Shown here piece by piece: positions 39,226 through 49,120 of a stretch of 64,000 bases of DNA. A program made the translations under genes and the position numbers. Each line of letters opens with the position of its first letter. Position 1 is the first letter of the stretch. A model generated the notes under the pieces. That model did no database searches. It had not been told where the DNA came from and saw only the letters and a list, made by a program, of their open reading frames with translations. The DNA comes from an uncultured virus (IMG/VR IMGVR_UViG_3300020180_001139) (taxonomy: Duplodnaviria > Heunggongvirae > Uroviricota > Caudoviricetes). The stretch lies in IMG/VR virus record IMGVR_UViG_3300020180_001139; one strand, given 5' to 3'.

Positions 39226-42200
39226 TCATTCACATTTTTCAATTCTCGATTCACTCATCTCTCCTCATGATTTATTCAGTACAGCCAAACAGCTTGGCCA
39301 AAAAGCCGTTGCGATTACCGATCATGCAAGTTTTGCATGTGTATGGGATGCCTACAAGGCCGCCAAAGATTCTGGCGTTAAATACATAGTTGGCTGTGAA
39401 TTCTATTTCGTTAATAATGTAAGGGAAGAGAATCGTACCGAATCAGCACCATTTCGCCACATCATCCTGCTGGCCAGGAACGCCACAGGATATAAAAATC
39501 TTTTATTGCTTAACCGTTCAGGATTCGATCATACGGTTCCGATCGGTAAAAGAAATTTCCCAGTTATTGATTGGGATATGCTTCAGAAACATTCTGAAGG
39601 TGTGACCTGCCTGACTTCATGCGGAAGTGGCATCGTGTCTCAACTTCTTATGAATAAGAAGTTTGATGAAGCAGAAAAAACTGTTTTGAAACTCGTTGAT
39701 ATCTTTGGGCCTTATTTAGGACTGGAGATCCAACCTAATAATCTAAAACGGTTCGGGACACCTTACAGTGATTCTATAGATCAATATTTCATAAATTATC
39801 ATACGGTTCAGCTAGCTGGAAAGTTGAATATAAAAATTGTTCCGACTTCCAATGCACATTATTTAAAAAAAGAAGACCACGATACGCATGATGTAATGCT
39901 CGCGATCGGCTCAGGACAGCCGAGATATTCAAACAATAGAATAAAATATAACGTTCCGAACTTCTTCCTCCATACTGGCGATGAAGTTTTTAATTTCTTA
40001 TCAAGATCTTTTCCATCTGAATCTGTAGAGGAGTGGATCCAAAATACAGTATTGTTTGCAGATCAGTGTGAAGTACCGGATTGGGTAGATCTGAAGTATT
40101 CAAATCCGGCAGGGAAAGAACTTCCGATATTTCCAGTTCAGGACCAGCTTGATTTACCTGACTATCAGGCGTGGTTAGTCTTACAAGAAGAATCGATCAG
40201 AACATTACCACAAGATAAATCTTATTTAAGATACGTTTGTGATAAGGCATTTTCTAAATTCGTTCCAGTGGGCGAGGAAGCCCTGTATAGGGAACGTCTT
40301 AAAGAAGAATTTGAAGTCTTAGAATTCCATGGATTCAGCAGTTATATGCTGATTGTTTCGGATTTCGTTAAATGGGCCCGAAATAACGATGTCCTGATCG
40401 GGGCTGGCCGAGGGAGTGTCGGTGGATGCTTGATTGCCTATCTGGTAGGGATCCACCAGGCAGATCCGATCAAATACAAATTAATTTTCGCGCGTTTTCT
40501 AAATAAGTTCAAGACGGACTTCCCTGACATTGATATGGATTTCGCGCCATCTGGCCGAGATCGTGTAAAGGAGTACATTGTATCCAAATATGGTGAAGAT
40601 TATATAGCTCACGTTTCCAACGTCAACACCATAACTCCTAAAGTCTATGCAAGAGATATTGCTAGGGCTTGTGAATTTGGAGGCTCCAGAGCCGAAGCTG
40701 TAAAGAAAGGGAATGATATCGCGGGAGCCGTTCCGGATACGATCAAATCTGTGGAGAAGGCTTTTATAGAAGCGCCTTTATTTGCAGAATATGCGCTCAA
40801 GTATCCGGAATTAAAGCGTTATAGCTCCATTTCGAGCAAATATCGAGCCTGGGCAACCCATGCTGGTGGATTGATTATTGCGGCGAGACCTCTGCGTGGA
40901 TTGGTCCCGCTCAGAAAAGATAAAGACGGAACTGTTGCGATTGAATACGACAAGGAACGAGCCGAAGCAATCGGATTGGTCAAGATGGATCTTCTGGGGT
41001 CCACAACTCTTGATATTATTAAAGATACCTACGATCTTATTGAACAATCAGGAAAGACTCCGCCTCCTTCTCCCTTACCAACAGATGATCAGGCTACTTA
41101 TGACCTTCTGAGCCGAGGCGATACATTTGGCGTATTCCAACTCGGGACGTCAGGCGGAACAATTGATTTATGTCGAAAAGTTCAACCCAGATCAATCGAA
41201 GATATCAGCGCGATCAATTCTCTTGCCAGACCTGCTGCGAGAGATATTCGTGAAGACTATGTAAAAACTAAGAATGGAGAAAAGAAGGTAAAACTTCTCC
41301 ATTCGTCTTTAGAACGTGCCTTCGGTGCGACTTATGGATTTGGCTTATATGAAGAATGTTTGATGTATCTGGCTCAGGATGTGGCCGGATGGGATCTTCA
41401 CGAAGCAGATCGGCTACGTAAATTAACCAAAGAAAAGGGAAAGAATCCTAAAAAGGCCGCACAATGGCGCCTTGATTTTATCAGCGATGCTCAGAAAAAT
41501 AAGAATATTTCTGAAGCCATGGCAACCAAAATTTGGGATGAGATCATCGCGCTGTTCTCAGGCTACGGATTCAATGCCAGTCACTCAATTCTTTATTCAC
41601 TTACTTCGTACCAAACGGCTTATCTAAAAGCTCACTATCCGGTTGAGTTTCTTCTGGCTAATTTGAAGTCAGAAGTAAGATCCGGCGCTAAAATTGCTAA
41701 AAACAATATCGAGAAGATAAAGTCGGAAATAAGAAAACATAACGTTACGATTCTGCCTCCTAATCTCAACAGTTCAACTCTCGCATATACGATTGGCGAT
41801 GAAAATACTTTAATTACTGGGTTCGATGCTCTGAAATTCGTTGGGGATGAAGCGATTCTTGATATTTTGAATAAACGTCCATTCGGATCATTTTTTGATT
41901 TTATGGTTCGGGTGGATTCAAAAGCTGTCCGGGCCAACACTATACAAGCCCTCGCCGCCACAGGCTGCTTGGATTCGTTCGGAATATCAAGGAAACAAAT
42001 ATATTTATATTGTTCTGATTATAGAAAAAAGCTACAAACCTGGTTAAAACGCCATGACCCGACCAAGGAAGAGTTCCAATATCCTTGGCCCGAGACTCCA
42101 GATTGGTCTATGAGCGAAAAATATGCCCTTGAGAAGATGTATTTAGGGGAGGCATTTTCATGCACGAAACGTCATGCATACGGGACTTTTTTCCAAGATC

Positions 42201-42739
42201 GTAACCCAGGACTGATCAATACGATCAGATCTTACCAGGATCGGTCAAGAATTCCTTCTATGAAGGCTGAAATCAAAAGCGTATTTGAATTCAAAGTAAA
42301 GAAAGAAAAGTCAAAATTCTTCGGCCAGGACATGGTCAAGGCAACGATCGAGGATATCAAGGGAGAAAGATGTACCCTTACGATATTTCCTGAAGGATAT
42401 ACGAAACTTAAATCAAGATTGAAAGATATTTCATCCAGGGCAAAATTTGAGGAAGGTATAGCTATACATTTTTCCGGAACGACAAACGTATATGAAGATG
42501 AAATCGGGATTATCCTGGAAGATGTATTTGGTTTCGCTCCGTCACCTTCTGTCCCGGCAGATTTGAAGGCTAAACAAGTTAGCCTAAAAAAGACCAAAGT
42601 CGATGCCGCCGCAATAGCGGAAAATAATTCATCACAACAAAATCTTGATCCGAAAGACCTTTTTATAGAAATTGAAGACGATCTTTTCGATGAAGGACTG
42701 TTAGAATGGGATGATTCTGGCGACCTTGATAATGAATAG
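39185..42739 (+). CDS. dnaE: DNA polymerase III alpha subunit
   Basis: PHP HNHSHFS.LD, AITDH, GAGRGS, PDIDMDF, KMDLLG, YGFNASH. Confidence 0.97.
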   Translation: MEQKLNRPYVSLHNHSHFSILDSLISPHDLFSTAKQLGQKAVAITDHASFACVWDAYKAAKDSGVKYIVGCEFYFVNNVREENRTESAPFRHIILLARNATGYKNLLLLNRSGFDHTVPIGKRNFPVIDWDMLQKHSEGVTCLTSCGSGIVSQLLMNKKFDEAEKTVLKLVDIFGPYLGLEIQPNNLKRFGTPYSDSIDQYFINYHTVQLAGKLNIKIVPTSNAHYLKKEDHDTHDVMLAIGSGQPRYSNNRIKYNVPNFFLHTGDEVFNFLSRSFPSESVEEWIQNTVLFADQCEVPDWVDLKYSNPAGKELPIFPVQDQLDLPDYQAWLVLQEESIRTLPQDKSYLRYVCDKAFSKFVPVGEEALYRERLKEEFEVLEFHGFSSYMLIVSDFVKWARNNDVLIGAGRGSVGGCLIAYLVGIHQADPIKYKLIFARFLNKFKTDFPDIDMDFAPSGRDRVKEYIVSKYGEDYIAHVSNVNTITPKVYARDIARACEFGGSRAEAVKKGNDIAGAVPDTIKSVEKAFIEAPLFAEYALKYPELKRYSSISSKYRAWATHAGGLIIAARPLRGLVPLRKDKDGTVAIEYDKERAEAIGLVKMDLLGSTTLDIIKDTYDLIEQSGKTPPPSPLPTDDQATYDLLSRGDTFGVFQLGTSGGTIDLCRKVQPRSIEDISAINSLARPAARDIREDYVKTKNGEKKVKLLHSSLERAFGATYGFGLYEECLMYLAQDVAGWDLHEADRLRKLTKEKGKNPKKAAQWRLDFISDAQKNKNISEAMATKIWDEIIALFSGYGFNASHSILYSLTSYQTAYLKAHYPVEFLLANLKSEVRSGAKIAKNNIEKIKSEIRKHNVTILPPNLNSSTLAYTIGDENTLITGFDALKFVGDEAILDILNKRPFGSFFDFMVRVDSKAVRANTIQALAATGCLDSFGISRKQIYLYCSDYRKKLQTWLKRHDPTKEEFQYPWPETPDWSMSEKYALEKMYLGEAFSCTKRHAYGTFFQDRNPGLINTIRSYQDRSRIPSMKAEIKSVFEFKVKKEKSKFFGQDMVKATIEDIKGERCTLTIFPEGYTKLKSRLKDISSRAKFEEGIAIHFSGTTNVYEDEIGIILEDVFGFAPSPSVPADLKAKQVSLKKTKVDAAAIAENNSSQQNLDPKDLFIEIEDDLFDEGLLEWDDSGDLDNE

Positions 42740-42767
42740 ATTATAAATTTTGTGTTATATATAATGT

Positions 42768-43400
42768 ATGAAATGCATGCATTGTAGCGCTGATATCCCT
42801 CCTACATGGACACACGCGTTGAATTCGAATGTCTGTCCATCTTGCGGTGGAGATATCATGGGAGAAGAGGATCGCAGGCTTCTTGGAGAAATCAGGGAAG
42901 CTTTGGTTCAGATGCCAAATAATCCCGAAGGAATCGCAGGATGGCTTCTTTCAAATTATAATTTAAATAAAGTTGATAATGAGACCCCGGCACCGGCGCG
43001 GTTCTACTCTCCGACGCTTGATGAAGGTCCCGAGTCAAAACCAAGACATCCTGTTGCCGCGGCACGACGCCAGGACAAGCAGGTCGAATCTGCAAATGTC
43101 TTAGCTAAAGATGACACGACTCCCTCTACTACTTATTTCTCAAGAACTGGTGTGAAGGGAAAAACTGCCAGTGAGATAAAGAGTCTTGCGGAAAAGATAA
43201 AATCAAATTCCGCCTCTGTTCCGGAAAATTGGGCGGCATTGGCCTGGGAGCAGGAAGAACAGCTGCCTGAAGAATATTCGGAAGAGCCTGCCGAGGAAGA
43301 AGACCCGATATTTAAAATGTTGGGAGAAAAACAGAAGGCAGCTCAGTCTGAATTGAGGAGAAGCGGTGCCGTGGGAAATATCCGGAGATCAGGAGGTTAA
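42768..43400 (+). CDS. Zinc-ribbon hypothetical protein
   Basis: CMHC...CPSCG. Confidence 0.6.
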   Translation: MKCMHCSADIPPTWTHALNSNVCPSCGGDIMGEEDRRLLGEIREALVQMPNNPEGIAGWLLSNYNLNKVDNETPAPARFYSPTLDEGPESKPRHPVAAARRQDKQVESANVLAKDDTTPSTTYFSRTGVKGKTASEIKSLAEKIKSNSASVPENWAALAWEQEEQLPEEYSEEPAEEEDPIFKMLGEKQKAAQSELRRSGAVGNIRRSGG

Positions 43401-43401
43401 G

Positions 43402-43740
43402 TTGAGTATCCGGATTATTGATAATAAGAAGATCGAGGTAACGGCAGATGAATGGGATATGTATGAAAAGATATGCCGTTCTTACGATCGCCCTAATTAC
43501 AAGGGAGAAGAACTGTTTGTTGATTTGTTCGAAACAGACGACGAAGGCATAATTGTTTTCCTTAAACCTCCATCGCAAAGATTTACCAGCATGGAAGTTT
43601 TTTTATTCCTAACATCTCTCTTTATTCATCAACATATGAGACAAGTTCATAATCAAACAGATAAATTACACAAACGTTTGGAGGATAAGTTAAAAGAATT
43701 AGAAGCCAAAGCATCTGTCGATACCACCGGTTCAACCTGA
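43402..43740 (+). CDS. Hypothetical protein
   Basis: GGAGG SD before the TTG at 43402. Confidence 0.6.
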   Translation: MSIRIIDNKKIEVTADEWDMYEKICRSYDRPNYKGEELFVDLFETDDEGIIVFLKPPSQRFTSMEVFLFLTSLFIHQHMRQVHNQTDKLHKRLEDKLKELEAKASVDTTGST

Positions 43741-43750
43741 CCTAGCCAGT

Positions 43751-44179
43751 ATGGCCGAAAATAAAACGAATGAGGAGGATCTCTCCGGTTTGATCGAAAA
43801 ATGTCTAGATGATCTACGTTTGGTTCATTTGGGCGAATTTGATTCGTCTAAAGCTGATCGTACCGCGGCAATGTTTTTGGAGGCCGTGATCAGACTATCA
43901 ACGATTCTTTATGACGTTGAGTTGCGTTCAAAAGAATCAAAACATGATGTAGAGAGGGTAGAGGCCGAAACCTATAAAAAACAAAAAACCTTATCAACAG
44001 CAAAAATGACCGAAACAATGTTGACCCATACGGTAGCCGCGGATCCAGATGTCGTGGCGGCAAAAAAAGCCTGCGCAGAAGCCGAGGCGACCGCCAAAAA
44101 GTGGTCAGTACAGATAAATTCATTAAATAATGGTCATGTCTTCTTTAGAAACTTAGGTAAAAATAAAAATACTTGGTAG
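43751..44179 (+). CDS. Helical protein, possible UvsY-like recombination mediator
   Basis: Size, helical pattern (TE......V.ADP) and position immediately upstream of recA. Confidence 0.45.
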   Translation: MAENKTNEEDLSGLIEKCLDDLRLVHLGEFDSSKADRTAAMFLEAVIRLSTILYDVELRSKESKHDVERVEAETYKKQKTLSTAKMTETMLTHTVAADPDVVAAKKACAEAEATAKKWSVQINSLNNGHVFFRNLGKNKNTW

Positions 44180-44184
44180 GCAAT

Positions 44185-45162
44185 ATGGAAAAAAAACAAA
44201 CAAAAACCGCCGCTTCGGACGCCATTAATATAGATCAGATCATTGCAAAAGCACGTGAAGCTTATGGAAAAAAGGAAACCGGTCTAGCTAAACAGTTAAG
44301 CACGGGCGACACCATATCACGTTCCGATAAAGACTCTGATTTCATCGTCTGGACTCGTGGTCCACATTGGAAAAGTCTGACATCCTTAAAAGGAATTCCA
44401 TTCGGAAGAATCGTTCAGATATCAGGAAAGCCCGATTCTGGCAAAAGCACCCATGCTGCGGTTTTTATGAAAGAGGCCCAGGAACAGGGTGTTCTGGTTG
44501 TGATGTGGGATTCGGAACGAAAATTTGCCGCCAATCGGTTCACCAAAATGGGTGGCAAGCCAAATGAATTGGCAATCATCGATACCAATAATATCATCCA
44601 GGGTTGCAAAGCTGTTGCTAATATCGTTCATGCGGCGAAGGAAATTAATCCAAAATTAAAAATCCTAATTGTATGGGATTCTGTTGGGGCGAGCGTCAAC
44701 AGTACCGAAGATAGCGAAGAGGATGAGGATTATTCAAAGCAGCCCGGTGTAACGGCCAAGGAAGTTGCGTTTGCGGTTCGCAAGTTTAATAAGCTTGCAA
44801 ATCGTTATGTTGATATGGAAACGGGAGACCAATCCATCGCAACTCTCGTGATTAATCAGGTCTATGCAAATATTGGTAGTCCAGGTCAAACTGAAAAAGG
44901 CGGAGGAGAACTGTATTATCTTTCTAGTCTAGTTATTCAGTTGACCAGGAAGGGAGATCTGACTCGAACCCGGCAGGGAGAGAAGTACAAATACGGGATC
45001 GTATCGCGAGCAAAGGTTAAGAAGAACCACTTATTTGATGGCGATGAATGTATTTCTGAAATGGATATAGTGGTCTCGGCAGACGGTATCTTACTGGCCA
45101 AAGACGTCAAGAGTCTTGACGATATTAAAGGCTGGGACGATCACTCCGAATCAGAAGATTGA
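44185..45162 (+). CDS. recA: RecA/UvsX recombinase
   Basis: GIPFGRIVQISGKPDSGKST, DSE, VWDSVGA, INQ, GG. Confidence 0.92.
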   Translation: MEKKQTKTAASDAINIDQIIAKAREAYGKKETGLAKQLSTGDTISRSDKDSDFIVWTRGPHWKSLTSLKGIPFGRIVQISGKPDSGKSTHAAVFMKEAQEQGVLVVMWDSERKFAANRFTKMGGKPNELAIIDTNNIIQGCKAVANIVHAAKEINPKLKILIVWDSVGASVNSTEDSEEDEDYSKQPGVTAKEVAFAVRKFNKLANRYVDMETGDQSIATLVINQVYANIGSPGQTEKGGGELYYLSSLVIQLTRKGDLTRTRQGEKYKYGIVSRAKVKKNHLFDGDECISEMDIVVSADGILLAKDVKSLDDIKGWDDHSESED

Positions 45163-45163
45163 A

Positions 45164-45484
45164 ATGACTGATATTATCGTTAATCAAACATCCGGAATGC
45201 CAGATGTAAAGGGTCCGACTAAAGCACTTTTCTTAGTAACCGTCAGAATACCTCTTGAGTGCAGGTTAACTTATTTCTTAACGAATCAAATAAACAAAGC
45301 TGAATCATACGTAACGTTTCTTGGAAGCCGATATGTATATCCGTTGGACGATTTAAAATCAATTCCGTTTGTCCTGGAAACCCTAGAAAAAGGCCCGATC
45401 CAAGAATTAACTTATCCATGGAATAGGATCGTAGAGATACGATCTTTAACTTATAAAAGAAAAGAAAGTAACAGTAATAAATGA
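45164..45484 (+). CDS. Hypothetical protein
   Basis: ORF. Confidence 0.55.
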   Translation: MTDIIVNQTSGMPDVKGPTKALFLVTVRIPLECRLTYFLTNQINKAESYVTFLGSRYVYPLDDLKSIPFVLETLEKGPIQELTYPWNRIVEIRSLTYKRKESNSNK

Positions 45485-45843
45485 CACGTCGTAGCACAGT
45501 TTCAAAGAAGTCAGTCCGTCTAACCACCACTGCTACTAAAAAAGTAGCAACGACAACCAAGGCCGTGCAGGTAAATCCTGTTCAGGTAGTCCGGGAGCGT
45601 GTTCTGAAGGGCATTATGAAGGTCCTGACGAAACGTAAATCATGGATGGGATCCATGACGGATCTGGGCACGGTGCTGGTTCGTGCGGTCCGCACGGTTC
45701 CTTCAAATTGGCCCGCAACACCACGGCAGCTCCGATCAGCTGTCGATACGCTTGTTCCGGAATTGAAGCGTTTGGGAGTCCGAACGAGTTTCGGCAGAAC
45801 CACCGATCATCAGCGCAAACGCTTTGTACTGTTTGCGCGGTGA
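45481..45843 (+). CDS. Very basic small protein, putative DNA-binding
   Basis: R/K/T-rich; W.G....L...WP.TPRQL....PELKRLGV. Confidence 0.6.
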   Translation: MTRRSTVSKKSVRLTTTATKKVATTTKAVQVNPVQVVRERVLKGIMKVLTKRKSWMGSMTDLGTVLVRAVRTVPSNWPATPRQLRSAVDTLVPELKRLGVRTSFGRTTDHQRKRFVLFAR

Positions 45844-45945
45844 ATTTCACTTATCTTGCTTAGTGATTATGGCACTTATCTTAATTTAGCCTTTTATGGC
45901 GATGCATGTGCATCGTTGGTCGATTAATTCCTTAATGGAGAATAC

Positions 45946-46650
45946 ATGACTGTTTATGGCGAAGTAGCTTGGGGAGATGTTCAAGACGGGGGTCAGAAAA
46001 ATGACTCACGTGATTCCTTTCTTCGTTTGGAGAAGGGTTCGAATATCGTTCGGATCATAACCCCACCGCACCAATATAATGTTCACCGGTACAAGCGGGA
46101 TGGTGATCCCGGCTTTGGGCACAAAATCATGTGTTCAAAAGTTAACGGAGCATGTCCTCTTTGTGCTCTTGGAGACGTTGCGAAACGTCGATGGTTTCTA
46201 GGCGTGATTGATCGGAAAACCCGTTCCTACAAGATTCTTGATGTAGGTATTTCGGTATTCAAGTCGATTCAGGGGCTGACCCGCGATGATGAATGGGGAG
46301 ATCCTTCTAGATATGACCTTGATATCAAGGTTGATCCGAATGGAGGCGCGAGTAACTACTACAGTATTACTCCGAAAATTCCGAAGCCTCTCAGCGCCGA
46401 TGATATCCAGATCAAGGACATGGTTGATGTAGAGGGCCTGAAACGCCTCTGTACTCCTCCCTCATCTGCAAAGGTTCAGGAGCGTATGGACAGACTCTTT
46501 GCGGATAATCCTGTTCCGGATCGAAATGCCAACAACAACCGTGGCGGCTCGGGTGGAGATCAACGCACCGCTGCCGCGGCACCCCGTCAGGCTGCCGATC
46601 AATCAGACGATGAGGATGATGTTCAGTTTCCCGCTTACGAACAAAAATAG
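45946..46650 (+). CDS. gp32-like single-stranded DNA-binding protein
   Basis: FLRL..G.N.VRI, C....CPLC, acidic C-terminal tail (DDEDDVQF); GGAG SD. Confidence 0.8.
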   Translation: MTVYGEVAWGDVQDGGQKNDSRDSFLRLEKGSNIVRIITPPHQYNVHRYKRDGDPGFGHKIMCSKVNGACPLCALGDVAKRRWFLGVIDRKTRSYKILDVGISVFKSIQGLTRDDEWGDPSRYDLDIKVDPNGGASNYYSITPKIPKPLSADDIQIKDMVDVEGLKRLCTPPSSAKVQERMDRLFADNPVPDRNANNNRGGSGGDQRTAAAAPRQAADQSDDEDDVQFPAYEQK

Positions 46651-46685
46651 TGTGCAGTAAGTAGCAGCGGCAACTTATCTTAATT

Positions 46686-46712
46686 TGGCCGGGATGCCAT
46701 GCATCCCGGCCA
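46686..46712 (+). terminator. GC-rich hairpin after ssb (terminator-like)
   Basis: TGGCCGGGATGC-CAT-GCATCCCGGCCA, 12-bp stem; weak U-tract. Confidence 0.6.
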
Positions 46713-46742
46713 TACCTATTTCGGCCTCGATATATTGATCAT

Positions 46743-47258
46743 GTGATCGTTGTTGGTTTTGATGTTTCGAGTTCAGCTATCGGTTGGTGTGCTCTTGTAA
46801 AAGATCAATCATCGCCCAAATTATTGGACTGCGGTTATTTCAAACCAACAAAAAAAGGATCAATTTTCGATCGATTGCATGATGCGGAAACCAAAGCCTT
46901 AGCAATAATGAACCGATTCAAACCCGATGTTATAGGGATTGAAGATATAATAAAGTATTTCCCGCATAAAAGTAGTGCCAATACCATCGTAACGTTAGCG
47001 GTATTTAATAGAACGATCGGATTGGCCGCGACAAGATCTGGATATCCGGTTCAACTGTATAACGTAATGGCTATACGCCATGGATTAAAACAAAGCAAAG
47101 TTCTTCCAAAAAAAGAAGACATGCCGGAATTAGTGTCAAAGCTACTAAATATACAATTTCCGTACCGTTTAAATAAAAAGAAAAAGCCAGTTGACGAGAA
47201 TCTGGATATGGCTGACGGGATCGCCGTAGCCCTCTTTACATTTAAAAAGAACCAATGA
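46743..47258 (+). CDS. ruvC: RuvC-like Holliday junction resolvase
   Basis: VGFDVS...GW, PDVIGIE, DMADGIAVA. Confidence 0.82.
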   Translation: MIVVGFDVSSSAIGWCALVKDQSSPKLLDCGYFKPTKKGSIFDRLHDAETKALAIMNRFKPDVIGIEDIIKYFPHKSSANTIVTLAVFNRTIGLAATRSGYPVQLYNVMAIRHGLKQSKVLPKKEDMPELVSKLLNIQFPYRLNKKKKPVDENLDMADGIAVALFTFKKNQ

Positions 47259-48235
47259 ATCGTTCCGATGCTCTAAATATACTAGAATTGAATCCATCCT
47301 CTACAGAGGATGATATTAAGAAACGGTATCGTGAATTTGCAAAAAAATACCATCCGGATCTTGCGAAAGATCAAGGATCTACCGACAAATTCAAGCTCAT
47401 AAATCAAGCTTATGATGTTTTGAAACAACCCGAACCGTCTCCAGTAAATGTTGGTGCCTGGAATCCAGGATCTCCAGATTTTGCAGCAGCGTTTCGTGAT
47501 ATGATTGGTTTTCAGAATTTTTCTAGACAACAGAGACGTATTCAGGAAACAATTTACCTTCCCGTAACGCTAACTTTCGAAGAATCTATCTTTGGATGCG
47601 ATAAAGAATGTAAGTACGAAAAGCAGGTACAGTGTGATGATTGTACTGGTAAAGGTAGAACCGTCGACTCTCAAAAGAAATGTCACGCATGTACCGGCAC
47701 TGGCTATAAAGTAAGGCGCGGTCAAAACGTTATGGTCTCGGAGGTATGTAACGTATGCATGGGAAGTGGTGCAGCGGTGCAGATTTGTAAAACTTGTTCA
47801 GGTGCCGGGTCTAACCAGGCTAAAATAAATATTACGATATCAATACCAAAGGGTGTGACCGCCGATACCAAAGTTCGAGTCCCGGGAGCTGGACATTTTA
47901 TTTATGACGAAATGTTCATGCAGCCTCGTTATCTAGATGCGATGCTTCAAATTACCGTTATCCCGCACGAACGTTTTAGACGAGAAGGTATGGATGTTGT
48001 TTCGGATGTGACGATTTCATTAAAAGACGCAATAATCGGAACTACTCTCCAACAGCCTACACTCTACGGAACGGTAGATCTTGTAGTGCCGAAATTATCT
48101 CGTCATCGAGATGAATTGATAGAACTGGGCGCCGGAGTCAGGCTGGACGCCTTAAATGGCCATCATAAATTTCGACTAAACGTAACTTATCCAGAAAACA
48201 TCGATCCGTTGGTCCAAACACTAAGTCAGGACTGA
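47255..48235 (+). CDS. dnaJ: DnaJ chaperone (J domain, four CxxCxGxG repeats, C-terminal domain)
   Basis: YHPD; CDDCTGKG, CHACTGTG, CNVCMGSG, CKTCSGAG. Confidence 0.95.
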   Translation: MNRSDALNILELNPSSTEDDIKKRYREFAKKYHPDLAKDQGSTDKFKLINQAYDVLKQPEPSPVNVGAWNPGSPDFAAAFRDMIGFQNFSRQQRRIQETIYLPVTLTFEESIFGCDKECKYEKQVQCDDCTGKGRTVDSQKKCHACTGTGYKVRRGQNVMVSEVCNVCMGSGAAVQICKTCSGAGSNQAKINITISIPKGVTADTKVRVPGAGHFIYDEMFMQPRYLDAMLQITVIPHERFRREGMDVVSDVTISLKDAIIGTTLQQPTLYGTVDLVVPKLSRHRDELIELGAGVRLDALNGHHKFRLNVTYPENIDPLVQTLSQD

Positions 48236-48586
48236 ATGCCATTTTTAATATTTTGTGACAATAAAGGCTGTTATAAGCAGCAAGATGCATTATTCGATAC
48301 ACAAAATAATTGTGTCGTTTGTTCTGAATGTGGAGGTGTGATCAAGAACGTCACATCTATATTTAAAAACCAATTAAAGTCTTCAGGGAATATTTTATCA
48401 AAACGCTCTCAGAAAAAGAGTTTTAGTATCAAGTGTCCTGATTGTAAAGTAGAAGGCCAGCCTGTATTGTTATCGAATGATGTTCTGGCTTGTTATTCTT
48501 GTAAAAAACCCTGTCAATTAAGCCCAAGTTTCGCGACATTGGTGCTGAATCATTTAAAATCAAATGCTAACAGTCAAAGTAAATGA
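48236..48586 (+). CDS. Double zinc-ribbon protein
   Basis: C....C, CSEC, CPDC, CYSC. Confidence 0.6.
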   Translation: MPFLIFCDNKGCYKQQDALFDTQNNCVVCSECGGVIKNVTSIFKNQLKSSGNILSKRSQKKSFSIKCPDCKVEGQPVLLSNDVLACYSCKKPCQLSPSFATLVLNHLKSNANSQSK

Positions 48587-49118
48587 ACAGATAAGTAGTT
48601 TTGTTAAGTTTCAGGCGCCACGATTTGATATCGGCGGAATGTCAAACCTTGGTCAAAACGATCTTAACAAGGCATCCAGACTAGATTTCCAGTACACGGG
48701 ATTATATGGGGAATCCGCGTGGTATCAGCAAAGATACGGCAGTCTTACGAAGTTGTCTTCATTATTAGATTATAAATACGAAACCTTTACCAATACCGGA
48801 AAGGGCGATGAAGGCGAAGATGATTCGTTGATTATAAATGGTGAGGCTAGGAAAGTTGATATCAAGACTTCCCACGTAATCGATCCTGATAGGATCAGGT
48901 CGCTTAATTTGATCGTTCCGATGCGAGAATTGCATAAAGATATGATCTACATATCAGCGTTCACGGTAGGGCCGGAACGAACGAATGTGGAAAAAGTATT
49001 GTTTGCCGGGTGGGTTTTTAATGAAGATATCAAGGATCGTTTTCATTATGACGAGTCAAAATTCGCGGTAAAGGTAAAGGATCTGAGGCCCATTTCAACG
49101 CTTCTAAAAGTTTTATAA
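48564..49118 (+). CDS. Hypothetical protein, possible PD-(D/E)XK nuclease
   Basis: GLYGESA, GD.G.DD...KVDIKT. Confidence 0.5.
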   Translation: MLTVKVNEQISSFVKFQAPRFDIGGMSNLGQNDLNKASRLDFQYTGLYGESAWYQQRYGSLTKLSSLLDYKYETFTNTGKGDEGEDDSLIINGEARKVDIKTSHVIDPDRIRSLNLIVPMRELHKDMIYISAFTVGPERTNVEKVLFAGWVFNEDIKDRFHYDESKFAVKVKDLRPISTLLKVL

Positions 49119-49120
49119 GG

